Shown: in pieces, positions 23,474-35,077 of the stretch
Position numbering within the stretch: position 1 is the stretch's first letter
Layout of the letters: every line of letters begins with the position of its first letter
Assembly (NCBI GenBank): GCA_030390025.1
Contig: CM059432.1
Span: 10,230,001-10,294,000, forward strand
Reading direction: 5' to 3'
Origin: Squalus acanthias
Taxonomy: Eukaryota
Length of the DNA stretch: 64,000 bases
The notes under the pieces: generated by a model
What the model saw: only the letters and a program-made list of their open reading frames with translations
Database searches by the model: none
Told to the model about the DNA's origin: nothing
Position numbers and translations under genes: made by a program

Positions 23474-24060
23474 ACTGCAGTTGTACAGGGCCTTGGTGAG
23501 ACCACATCTTGAGTATTGTGTGTAGTTTTGGTCGCCTTATCTGAGGAAGGATGTTCTTGCCATGGAAGGAGTTCAGCGAAGATTCACCAGGCTGATACCT
23601 GGGATGGCAGGAATGACGTATGAGGAGAGATTGGGTCGATTGGGCTTATACTCGCTGGAGTTTAGAAGAATGAGAGGGGATCTCATTGAAACTTACAAAA
23701 TTCTGAAAGGACTGGACAGACTAGATGCAGGAAGGATGTTCCCGATGGCGGGGGAGTCCAGAACCAGGGGTCACAGTCTAAGGATAAGGGGTAAGCCATT
23801 TAGGACAGAAATGAGGAGGAATTTCTTCACCCAGAGAGTGGTGAACCTGTGGAATTCTCTACCACAGAAGACAGTAGAGGCCAATTCATTAAATATATTC
23901 AAGAAGGAGTTGGATATATTTCTTAAGGCTAAAGGGATCAAGGGATATGGGGAGAAAGCAGGGACAGGGTACTGAGTTTGGATGATCAGCCATGATCTCA
24001 TTGAATGGCGGAGCAGGCTAGAGGGGCCGAATGGCCTACTCCTGCTCCTATCTTCTATGT
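23474..24060 (+). mobile_element. HER1-type CR1 LINE 3' part (young subfamily, partner of HE1)
   Basis: ORF 23562-23975, nearly identical to 50071-50829; 3' end AAAGCAGGGACAGGGTACTG..GATCAGCCATGAT..GGCCTACTCCTGCTCCT is shared with the HE1 SINEs. Confidence 0.92.
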
Positions 24061-24381
24061 AACCTTCTTTACGGCAGTAGTCTGTCTGTCTAGAGCATAA
24101 GTAACAACAGTAAATTGCACCTCTAGAGCATTCTGATGCAAAACTTAGAGCTTGATTACAAAGTAAGTAGAAACTGTTTAATACAAACCGCTTGCTTCTT
24201 CCTCAGAAAGTATGTGTAAGTAGATGCATCGGCTTTACGAGTAGTATCTGTCAGAGCTTCAGGAAGCCAGCACTTTTGGGATTTGCAAAAGACACCCTTT
24301 TGATTTCCTCTGACCCAGTTTGAATTTCAAAGTGAACAGGAGGTATTTCCCTCCCAGCCCTTCAGCTTTCCTGGGCCCCAT

Positions 24382-26058
24382 CAACAACAACAACTTGCAT
24401 TTATACAACGCCTTTAACGTACTAAAACGACCCAAGGAGCCTCAGCAGAGCGTTATCAAACAAAACCGAGCCACATAAGGAGATGTTAGGACAGGTCACC
24501 AAAAAGCTATGTCAAAGAGGTAGCTTCAAGGAGAAAGAGAGAGGTAAAGAGGCGGAGAGTTTTAGGGAGGGAATTCCAGAGCTTAGGGCCTACACAGCCG
24601 AAGGCAGGGCCACCAATGGCTGAGCGAAGAAATTCGGGTTCGGGGATGTGGAAGAGGCCAGAATTGGAGGAGCGCAGAGATATCAGAGATTTGTAGTGCT
24701 GGAGGTGGTTACGGACATAGGGAGGGGCGAGGCCATGGAGGGATTTGAAAACAAGGATGGGAATTTTAAGATGCGCTGCCGGACAGGGAGCCAATGTAGG
24801 TCAGCGAGCGATGGGTGAAGGGGTCTTGGTGCGAGTTAGGACAGGAGCAGCAGAGTTTTGGAGAAGCTCAAGTTTATGGAGGGTGGTATGTGGGAGGCCG
24901 GCCAGGTGAACATTGGAAAAGTCAAGTCTAGAGGTAACAAATGCATAAGAACATAACATAAGCGGGTGCATGAACAGAGAGACCTCGAGGTATATGTGCA
25001 CAAATCGTTGAAGGTGGCAGGGCAGGTTGAGAAAGCGGTTAAAAAAGTATACGGGATTCTGGGCTTCATAAATAAAGTACAAAAGCAAGGAAGTTACGAT
25101 GAACATTTATAAAACACTGGTTCGGCCTCAACTGGAGTATTGTGTCCAATTCTGGGCACCGCACTTTAGGAAGGATGTGAAGGCCTTAGAGAGGGTGCAG
25201 AAAAGATTTACAAGAATGGTTCCGGGGATGAGGGGCTTCAGTTACGTGGATAGACTGGAGAAGCTGGGGTTGTTCTCCTTAGAGCAGAGAAGGTTGAGAG
25301 GAGATTTGATAGAGGTGTTCAAAATCATGAGGGGTCTGGACAGAGTAGATAGAGAGAAACTGTTCCCATTGGCGAAGGGTCGAGAACCAGAGGACACAGA
25401 TTAAGGTGATTGGCAAAAGAACCAAAGGCGACATGAGGAAATACTTTTTTACACAGCGAGTGGTTAGGATCTGGAATGCACTGCTTGAGAGGGTGGTGGA
25501 GGCAGAGTCAATCACGGCTTTCAAAAGGGAATTTGATAAGTAATTGAATAAAATTTGCAGGGCTACGGGGAAAGGGCGGGGGGAGTGGGACCAGCTGAAG
25601 TGCTCTTGCAGAGAGCCGGCACGGGCTCGATGGGCCGAATGGCCTCCTTCTGTGCTGTAACCACTCTATGATTCTATGAAAAGAAATAGGAGCAGGAGTA
25701 GGCCATACGGCCCATCGAGCCTGCTCCGCCATTCAGTAAGATCATGGCTGAACTTCGACATCAACTCCAATTTCCCGACCTATCCCCATATCCTTTGATT
25801 CCCTTCGTGCCCAAAAATCTATCATGGATGAGGTTTTCCGCAGCAGGTGAGCTGAGGTAGGGGTAGAGACGGGCAATGTTACGGAGATAGAAGTAGGCGG
25901 TCTTGGTGATGGAGCGGAATCTCACCTCGGTTTTAAATATGACGCCAAGGTTGCGAACAGTCTGGTTCAGCCTCAGACAGTGGCCAGGGAGAGGGATGGA
26001 ATCGCTGGCAAGGGAACGGAGTTTGTGGCGGGGACCGAAGACAATGGCTTCAGTCTTA
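24382..26058 (-). mobile_element. L2 LINE 3' part containing nested CR1 insertions
   Basis: L2 at 24382-24946 and 25824-26058 is collinear with the uninterrupted copy at 61710-62490; a short minus-strand CR1 tail (24945-24960 plus 25679-25823) lies within it. Confidence 0.85.
24961..25678 (+). mobile_element. CR1 LINE 3' part
   Basis: ORF 25099-25404 IYKTLVRPQLEYCVQFWAPH..LEQRRLRGDLIEVFKI; CTCTATGATTCTATG tail. Confidence 0.9.
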
Positions 26059-26330
26059 GGAAGGTTAGTGAAGTGTCACGTATTTTATTATTTTTGTAGC
26101 CGAAGAGGTATAAGTTAAAAGTACTGTAATCAAATAAAACTGGATGCAGTTGGGACGTTTTACTACGTTAAAGGCGCTATATATATCCAAGTTGTTATTG
26201 TTGTTGTTGTTTCCTCTCTGCTACTGAATAATTTTTACTTTTAATAAACCTGATTTGTAGCTTTCTAACACAATCTGATAGAGTGGTTATTCTTCTGCTA
26301 TCCAAATAGTAGAAAAAGAAGAGAGGTATA

Positions 26331-26891
26331 TTGCCCAGAAATTCGATGGCGTTGCGCCTGTTTAGGCGCAAAAACAAGGGCCGAAGCATCCAATATGGCG
26401 GACGTGGGCGTGCGCGCTCATTACGTGCCGGAAGTGCGTCCTCAAGCAACGCTTTGCTGCCCGGTCTGCTCGGGAGGAGCTTCGCAGTACGCCCCTGACC
26501 GGGCATCCAGATTTGTGGCTGTCTGCTGCATTCTCTATAACTCTGCCACGAGGGACCAGACCTCACCGCAATCTGTCTCCGTGCTCTGCCTGAAGCCTTG
26601 GCACAAGTTGGAATTGGACACCCTCAGGCTCTGTGGCATTGCGCACAAGCTCGCTGCCAGGCTGCCCAGTGCCCCTGGCATTCCCTGGTGCACGCCTATC
26701 GGCCTTCTTCGGTAGCCTGGGCCCTCGCAGCCAGCATCTGAGTCCTCTGCAGCAGAGCTAGTATATGGTCTCACCCTCCGGCCAGCTGGCACCTGTGGAG
26801 TCCTATCCCCCTGCCCGAGCTCCTGCACGCTTGTGCCCGGTGATTCACCACGCGATGGCCCTGCCTCAGGCACGATCGAATTTCTAGGCCC
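26331..26891. mobile_element. GC-rich MITE (Harbinger-like termini)
   Basis: TIRs GCCCAGAAATTCGAT (26333-26347) / ATCGAATTTCTAGGC (26875-26889), 14 of 15 matching. Confidence 0.7.
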
Positions 26892-27239
26892 CCTGTTTTA
26901 ATTCCAATGAGCAAAGCACAATTGCCAATGTTTTCTGTTTGATGCCTGGGCATTACCACATCAGGTCACACTTCAGTTCATAGGGAGCAAGGACTCACTT
27001 ACAAGAACAGTCCTTAACGCTAAGTAAGAGAGAGGTATATGGCAAAGCTCTAAAAATGGATCAATTACATTGGGAAATTTCCATATCAGCAGAACCTCTT
27101 TATCCAATAGAATCCACCCCGACTGCTAAATGAAAGCTTGTGCCATATCCACAGAACAATTTTCTGGTATGCCATGTTCTAGCATGAGATATTAATGTCC
27201 CTCTGTTACCCACTTCTCCTTATCAGATCTAAATCATTC

Positions 27240-27562
27240 CTTTTCGGATGAAACGTTAAACCGAGGCCCCGTCTGCTCTCTCAGGTGGACGTAAAAGATC
27301 CCATGGCATTATTTTAATAAAGACTTGGGGAGTTATCCCCGGTGTCCTGGCCAATATTTATCCCTCAACCAACATCACTAAAAACAGATTATCTGGTCAT
27401 CATCACATTGCTGTTTGTGGGAGCTTGCTGTGCGCAAACTCGCTGCCGCGTTTCCTACATTACAACAGTGACCACAGTTCGAAAAGTACTTCATTGGCTG
27501 TAAAGCGCTTTGAGACGTCCGGTGGTCGTGAAAGGCGCTATATAAATGCAAGTCTTTCTTTT
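27240..27562 (+). mobile_element. SacSINE1-type DeuSINE, 5'-truncated
   Basis: Deu-domain and tail. Confidence 0.85.
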
Positions 27563-28304
27563 ATTTTTCCTTCTTTTAATAGCAGGCCCTGCCCGTATAT
27601 TGCTTCCATAATTCCCACAAGCCCTCTGCCCATTGTGGTGCCAGTAAATCGAAGGCCTATTGAAATACTGGCAATTCCACACATTCCTATTATGCATCAT
27701 CTATATTCATGTTTCACTATTTGTGCCTCAGGATTTTGTTCTAGCCTACAAACCAGTCCGGCTAACCAACTAAGGAGACATTATATGTACAAACTCAAGA
27801 TTGCTGAGGAACATACAGAAGATGTGTAGTACTTTTCAGAAAATAAGGAAAATTAATTAAATTACTGCCTCAGTCCATCACTTTAAAAGCTGGCACAGAA
27901 TTATAAATTTATTCTAGTCCAAGTATTTAAAAGTCAGTTTTAATAACTATTGAGCCATACCTTCAGTACTACACCTGATATATTACATTCCAAATGAAAC
28001 ATTGGGAAGACCAAGGACATTGCCTCCAGGGCCCCAGCAGAAACTCCGCATCCTCGCTAAAAAAATCCATTCCCCCTCCTTGGCTCCAGGCCACTTTCTC
28101 AGGCTTAGCAAGACTGTTCACAACCCCGGCATCCTATTCGACTCTGAGCTGACTTTCCGACCTCATGTTCCATTCAACGCAAAGACCACCTACTTCCGCC
28201 TCGGTAACATCACCCGCCTCCACCTCCAGCTTAGCCCATCTGCTGCTGAAACTCCAGTGTTCTCCTGGCCTCTCCATCCTTCACCCTTCAGAACGTACAG
28301 CTGA

Positions 28305-29499
28305 ATTCCAGAGGTGAGGTGAGAGCGACTGCCCTTGACATCAAGGTAGCATTTGACCGAGTGTGGCATCAAGGAGCCCTAGTAAAACTGAAATCAATGG
28401 GAATCAGGGGGAAAAACTCTCCACTGGCTGGAGTCATACCTAGCACAAAGGAAGATGGTTGTGGTTATTGGAGGCCAATCATCTCAGCCCCAGGACATCG
28501 CTGCAGGAGTTCCTCGGGGCAGTGTCCTAGGCCCAACCATCTTCAGCTGCTTCATCAATGACCTTCCCTCCATGATAAGGTCAGAAGTGGGGATGTTCGC
28601 TGATGACTGCACAGTGTTCAGTTCCATTCGCAACTCCTCAGATAATGAAGCAGTCTATGCCCGCATGCAGCAAGACCTGGACGACATTAGGCTTGGGCTG
28701 ATAAGTGGCAAGTAACATTTGTGCCACACAAGTGCCAGGCAATGGCTATTTCCAACGAGAGAGAGTCTAACCACCGTCCCTTGACATTCAACGGCATTAC
28801 CATCGCCGAATCCCCCAACATCAACATCCTGGGGGTCACCATTGAACAGAAACTTAACTGGACCAGCCACATAAATACTGTGGCTACAAGAGCAGGTCAG
28901 AGGTTGGGTATTCTGTGCCGAGTGTCTCACCTCCTGACTCCCCAAAGCCTTTCCACCATCTACAAGGCACAAGTCAGGAGTGTGATGGAATACTCTCCAC
29001 TTGTCTGGGTGAGTGCAGCTCCAACAACACTCAAGAAGCTCGACACCATCCAGGACAAAGCAACCCGCTTGATTGGCACCCCATCCACCACCTTAAACAT
29101 TCACTCCTCCACCACCGGCGTACCGTGGCTGCAGTGTGTACCATCTAAAAGATGCACTGCAGCAACTCACCAAGACTTCTTCGACAGCACCTCCCAAACC
29201 CACGACCTCTTCCACCTAGAAGGACAAGGGCAGCAGGCGCATGGGAACACCATCACCTCCAAGTTCCCCTCCAAATCACACACCATCCTGACTTGGAAGT
29301 ATATCGCCGTTCCTTCATCGTCGCTGGGTCAAAATCCTGGAACTCCCTCCCTGACAGCACTGTGGGAGCACCTTCACCACACGGACTGCAGCGGTTCAAG
29401 CCAGCGGCTCACCACCACCTTCTCGAGGGCAACTAGGGATGGGCAATAAATGCTGGCCTTGCCAGTGACGCGCACATCCCAGGAATGAATTAAAAAAAA
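28305..29499 (+). mobile_element. LINE-A RT domain and 3' end (1.2 kb, frameshifted)
   Basis: ALDIKVAFDRVWH, GVPRGSVLGPTIFSCFINDL, MFADD, ILGVTIEQKLNW, YKAQVRSVMEYS; stem-loop tail. Confidence 0.92.
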
Positions 29500-29831
29500 C
29501 AAAGTTCCGCTAACATATCTTATCCCACACCACATTCTGCTAGCCAATCACTCGTCCTCGTTGACCTACATTGACCTCTGGTCACCCAGAGCCTCAGATT
29601 AAAATTCTGATCAATCCCTTTATGGCCTTGTTCCTGCCTATCTCTATAACCTCCTCTAGCCGTACAACTCCACTCTCCAATTCCCCATTCCTATGACTCA
29701 GGGCTCTTGAGCCTCTGCCCCCCCCCCCCCACCCCCACCCCCACTTCATCCCATCATTGGGCGGCTGTACTTTCAGCCCCCTAGGAACCATGCTCTGGAA
29801 TTTCCTCCCTAAACCCCTCCAATTCTCCATC

Positions 29832-30250
29832 ATAGAAACATAGAAACATAGAATCTAGGAGCAGGAGTAGGCCATTCGGCCCGTCGAGCCTGCTCCACCA
29901 TTCAATACGATCATGGCTGATCATCCAAATCCAATTCCCTGCCCCTGCTTTAATCCCCACAGTACACATATCCCACCCTACCCCCGTAACCCCACGTATT
30001 TAATTCCCCCTAACATATCCCATCCTATCCTCATAACCCCACATATTTAATCCCCCCCTAACACTAAGGGTCAATTTATCATAGCCAAATCAACCTAACC
30101 CGCACATTTTTGGACTGTGGGAGGAAACCGGAGCACCCGGAGGAAACCCACGCAGACACGGGGAGAATGTGCAAACTCCACACAGACAGTCACCCGAGGT
30201 CAGATTCGAACCCGGGTCCCTGGCGCTGTGAGGCACCAGTGCTAACCACT
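29832..30250 (-). mobile_element. HE1-type V-SINE
   Basis: Near-identical to 2525-2951 and 38666-39089; (CATAGAAA)2 tail; first bases of the head missing. Confidence 0.9.
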
Positions 30251-30315
30251 CTCCTCCTTTAAGACCTCCCCCTTAAAACCCACTGCTTTGATTAAGCTTT
30301 AGGTCAGCGACCTCA

Positions 30316-30577
30316 TGAAGGACAAGGGCAGCAGGTGCATAGGAACACCACCGCCTCCAAGTTCCCCTCCAAGTCACACACCATCCTGACTTGGTTCCTT
30401 CATCGTCGCTGGGTCAAAATCCTGGAACTTCCTCCTTAACAGCACTGTGGGAGTACCTTCACCACACGGACTGCAGCGGTTCAAGCAAGCAGCTCACCAC
30501 CACCTTCCCAAAGGCAATTAGGGATGGGCAATAAATGCCGGCCTCGCCAGCGACGCCCACATCCCGAGAATAAAAAA
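30316..30577 (+). mobile_element. LINE-A 3' end
   Basis: Same ORF end and stem-loop as the other copies. Confidence 0.85.
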
Positions 30578-31156
30578 CCCTCCTAATATCTCCTTTTCTG
30601 GCTAAATGTCCATTTTTTTTCTTTCAGCTCTGTGCAGTGTGTTGGAATTATTTTTCTATATTAAAGGTGCTATATAAATGCCAGTTGTTAATCGGTTTTT
30701 CACTGCATTCTCTGCGTTCCCAATGTTTTGACAAAAATGTATTTATAATGCAGTACAGTTCATGTCATATGCCCGGATACATCAGGTTGTCTTTAATCGT
30801 TGCTGTAATTTCCTTTGTGAAATTAATATTTATGAATCTACCTGTTTACAGCTCAGTAGCGTCAAGACACTTAGATTTACTGCTGGAAGTTGAAAGTAAT
30901 TTTTTTCACATGCATGAATTAGCACGTTATAGAAAATAATCTCACAGGATAACCTTCTCCCTCACTTCCCTCACAGCAATAATGGCAGCTTGTTTCTTGT
31001 TGGTCGCCCCATCTCATTAACTGTGCTGTGCAATAGATTCTAATAAATGATTTAAACTTGGTCCCAAGGTCTTAATAGAGCGAGGCTAGGTACTCACTGG
31101 TAGTGCGAGCTTCCCTTTTAGATTTACGGTGGACTTGATTGAATAGCAATAGTAAT

Positions 31157-31630
31157 AAGCTCGAGGAACAGCCCCTCATCTTTCGATTAGGCACTTCCGG
31201 ACTCAACATCGAGTTCAACAACTTCAGATCATAACCTCAGCCCCCATTTTTTCAGACGGCAGCTGTTGCTGATGATTCTGCCATTCCCATTTACAGCTCC
31301 TCTAGACTCACCTTTTGTTTCTTTACTTGTCCCATTACCATCTCCTTTTGCCTCGCACCATCATCCCTTTTGTCATTTAATCTCTCCTGCCTCCCATCCG
31401 ATCACAGACCTTCCCTTTTGTTCTTTCCTCCACCACCCCCCCCCTCTCCCTGCCCCTGACTTGCTTAAAAACCTGTTCCATCTCCAACTTTTTACAGTTC
31501 TGACGAAGGGTCGCCGACCTGAAACGTTAACTCTGTTTCTCTCTCCACAGATGCTGCCTGACCTGCTGAGTATCTCCAGCATTTTCTGTTTTTATTTCAA
31601 ATTTCCAGCATCCGCAGTATATTACTTTTT
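31157..31630 (+). mobile_element. Penelope-like element 3' end (GIY-YIG C-terminus plus pseudo-LTR)
   Basis: KLEEQPLIFRLGT-/-GLNIEFNNFRS* (stop at 31232-31234), pyrimidine-rich UTR, hammerhead motif. Confidence 0.85.
31494..31536 (+). ncRNA. Minimal type I hammerhead ribozyme motif (PLE-associated)
   Basis: Stem I AGTT/AACT, core CTGACGA (31500-31506), stem II AGGGTC-GCC-GACCT, GAA, palindromic helix III ACGT, predicted GUU cleavage after 31528. Confidence 0.75.
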
Positions 31631-32334
31631 AATTTTTATTCAATGGTTGCTGGTTTAACAAAAATCTGATGAATTAAGAACCACTTCTACATTAACTTCT
31701 GTGCTTTCATCTGCGGTTGTCATGTGCTGCCTACACCCAGTTTCCCTTGAGAATGCATATTATTCACACCCTTTATTATTTGCCCCTTATAACAAGCGAT
31801 CTTCAAACACTGTTCACACAAGAGATTTCGTACAATTCACTTGGCTATGCCTCTGTGTAGCTGGTAAGTGTAAAAGAGGTTACCTTATTCAAAAAAAAAA
31901 GTTTTTTCTGAAATTCCCCCAGCATGAATAATACACTTTGAAGTTGTTTATTCTTGTCTAGCGCTGCCTCTTATTTTAAACATCACAGAGATACTTCCTT
32001 GTAGGAATGCACACAAGTCTGCCTTTATGCAACTTGATTAAAGCAACTATTAGGAAATGTAAATAATTAGTTGATCATGGATGCCTCTGATGTATTTCCT
32101 TTCAAGTTTCAAATTCTTTTCAAAGTATTCATGTTCACATGAAATTATTTATAAAAAGGGAAGTGAGAAGAATCGGTGATTCCATTCTCTTTGGAGAAAT
32201 TGTTTTGTCTTCAGACTTAACTCCTTTGCGAGATCCTCTACATGTGTTGTAGGCGAGCTAAATATTAGATGAACTGCAACAGTTTGACTAAAGATTATCT
32301 ACAGTCATCGAGCTCACAGCACGTGTGCGAGCTG

Positions 32335-32603
32335 GAACCAGAGGCCACATGAGGGAAAACTTTTTTAAGCAACGAGTGGTTAGGATTTGGAATGCGCTGC
32401 CTGATCGGGTGGTGGATACTGATTCAATAGTAGCCTCCAAAAGGGAATTGGATAAATACTCATAGGAGAAAAATTGCAGGGATATGGGGAAAGAGCCGGG
32501 GGGGTGGGGGAGTGGGACGAACTGGATTGCTCTTCGAAAGAGCCGGCGCAGACTCGATGGGCCGAATGGCCTCCTTCTGTGCGGTACTATTCTATGATTC
32601 TAT
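32335..32603 (+). mobile_element. CR1 LINE 3' end
   Basis: MRENFFKQRVVRIWNALP; ATTCTATGATTCTATG tail. Confidence 0.85.
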
Positions 32604-32896
32604 GGGGGAGAAATTCGGTATAGGCCCGTTTGGGGCGCTAAAACTTTGAAAGTTGAAGAATTAGCGCCAGGCGCTAATCATTGTCGACTCCCGCGAAATT
32701 TCATTGTTCGTGCTCCAAGAGGGAAGTGGAGCGCTGAATCAAGCACGACACTCCTAACTTAGGGCGCCAACCTCTGAGAGCGGTGCGCTACTGGCAGAGC
32801 GATATAGAAGGTCATGCTCAGTCCAAACGGCATTCTTTAATCACACAGGTTGCTTCCATCTCTTAAAGGGAGGGGCCAATCACGCTGTATAACCTC

Positions 32897-33750
32897 ATGA
32901 TGTTCGGGGAGGAGGGATGGTGTTCGGGGGGGGGAGATGGTGTTCGGGGGGGAGAGATGGTGTCCGGGGGGGGGGAGATGGTGTTCAGGGGGGGAGAGAT
33001 GGTGTCCGGGGGGGGGGAGATGGTGTTCGGGGGGGGAGATGGTGTTCGGGGGGGGGGGGGGGGGGAGATGGTGTTCGGGGGGGCAGATGGTGTTCGGGGG
33101 GGGGAGATGGTGTTCGGGGGGGGAGATGGTGTTCGGGGTGGGGAAGATGGTGTTCGGGGGGGGAGATGGTGTTCGGGGGGGGAGATGGTGTTCGGGGGGG
33201 GGGAGATGGTGTTCGGGGGGAGATGGTGTTCGGGGGGGGGGGAAGATGGTGTTCGGGGTGGGGGAGATGGTGTTCGGGGGGGGAGATGGTGTTTGGGGGG
33301 GGGGAGATGGTGTTCGGGGGGAGATGGTGTTCGGGGGGGGGGGGAAGATGGTGTTCGGGGTGGGGGAGATGGTGTTCGGGGGGGGGAGATGGTGTTCGGG
33401 GGGGGGAGATGGTGTTCGGGGGGGGGGAAGATGGTGTTCGGGGGGGGGGAGATGGTGTTCGGGGGGAGATGGTGTTCGGGGGGGGGAGATGGTGTTCGGG
33501 GGGGGGGAGATGGTGTTCGGGGGGGGAGATGGTGTTCGGGGGGGGAGATGGTGTTCGGGGGGGGAGATGGTGTTTGGGGGGGGGGGAGATGGTGTTCGGT
33601 GGGGGGAGAGATGGTGTTCGGGGGGGAGATGGTGTTCGGGCGGGGTGAGTTGGTGTTCGGGGGGGGAGAGACTGTGTTCGGGGGGGAGATGGTGTTCGGG
33701 CGGGGTGAGTTGGTGTTCGGGGGGGAGAGACTGTGTTCGGGGGGGAGATC
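32897..33750. repeat. G-rich minisatellite, unit AGATGGTGTTC plus a variable G run (about 17-27 bp), roughly 40 copies
   Basis: Directly visible tandem array; units diverge at the right edge. Confidence 0.97.
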
Positions 33751-34244
33751 GCTGCAGTTGGGCAATCTGCGATCGCGGGGAGTGATGCAGGTTAGCTTGT
33801 TGGGCCTGGAGGAAACACTTCTGCTCCTCCTGGCCCACGCGCAGTGCTGCAAAGACACTTAACTCATGGATCCAGCCCTTATCACCTCCTTTTCCGGGAA
33901 ACCCGCCCGACATTAATTAAAAATAAAAAGCTTGTAAAAATGGAGCACGAACCTCCTTAAAAGCTGTTACCGACTTACCCGCCTCCTGAGAGCAGATCGG
34001 TCGCATGCCTCGCATCGTGCCTCCGTTGAAACCGGGACTGAGTGTGTTTGAGATGAATTGGGGCCAGGTTATTCTCACCTGACCCAAACCTACACCTGTT
34101 TTGGGGGTTAAAATGACCCCCTGTGTGTTGCATCTGTACTTCAGCAGGTTACTCAACGCCTCTGGAGTTGACCGCAAGTAATCTAAGTAATGATCCATCT
34201 AGTGATGTTTAGTTTTTATCTGTTATGGTTACTGATTAAGCAAT

Positions 34245-34655
34245 GCCTTAATTTTAAAATTCGCTTCCTTGTTTTCAAACCCCCATTGGCCTCGCCCCTC
34301 CCTGTCTCTGTAATTTCCTACAACCTCACAACCCCCTGAGATATCTGCGCTCCTTTAATTCTGGCCTCCAGCATCCCTGATTATAATCGCTCCACTATTG
34401 GTGGCCGTGCCTTCAGCTGCCTCGGCCCTCAGCTCTGGAATTCCCTCCCTAAACCTCTCCGTCTCTCTACCTCCCTCTCCTCCTTTAAGACGCTCCTTAA
34501 AACCTACCCCTTTGACCAAGCTTTTGGTCACCTGCCCTAATTTCTCCTTATGTGGCTCGGTGTCAAATTTTGTCTGATAATCGCTCCTGTGAAGCGCCTT
34601 GGGACATTTTACTACGTTAAAGGTGCTCTATAAATGCAAGTTGTTGTTGTTATTG
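34245..34655 (+). mobile_element. L2 LINE 3' end
   Basis: GGRAFSCLGPQLWNSLP..FKTLLKT; GGTGCTCTATAAATGCAAGTTGTTGTTG tail. Confidence 0.9.
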
Positions 34656-35077
34656 TTGCTCTCTAGTCACCTTTTATAGTACTTGGGAAGTTAGCGAATA
34701 TTCAGTCCATATCTTTGGCAGCTTCTCTCACAAATTGTACCACATGTGTTGCAATCAGATGTTTTAAATTGTATTGTTCATTCCCCAATTACCACTACAG
34801 AAAACTAAATTATCTTTTGTTCTGCCGATGGGATTAAGGTCTCCTTTACGTTATTGGGTTATGCTATCTGACAGAACGAGCTATGTGGTAAAACTTAAAT
34901 TAAGCCCATTCTGTGCCAGGACTTTCAATTGGTGCCTCCAATTAAATTGCTCGAATACAGAGGTGTGGAGGATGTGTTACAGTTATACAGAGCTCTGCTC
35001 AGACGCCATCTGGAGTAGTGCGTTCAGTTCTGGGCATCGCACCTCAGGAAGGGTTAAATTATCAGGATGGGTTGCAG

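Larger units (their letters stand above)
28000..30690 (+). mobile_element. Old L2 LINE 3' part split by three younger insertions
   Basis: Collinear L2 pieces at about 28000-28300 (NPGILFDSELTF..YFRLGNITRL), 29500-29830, 30251-30310 and 30578-30690 (AAAGGTGCTATATAAATGCCAGTTGTT). Confidence 0.7.

Noticed and set aside
26331..26891. CpG-island promoter (also 22500-22890, 39835-40320)
   Set aside because: Bounded by TIRs or TIR-like ends; better explained as MITEs.
32837..33913. Longest ORFs in the track (243-358 aa, Pro/Gly-rich)
   Set aside because: Open in five frames because the minisatellite unit lacks stops; no coding evidence.
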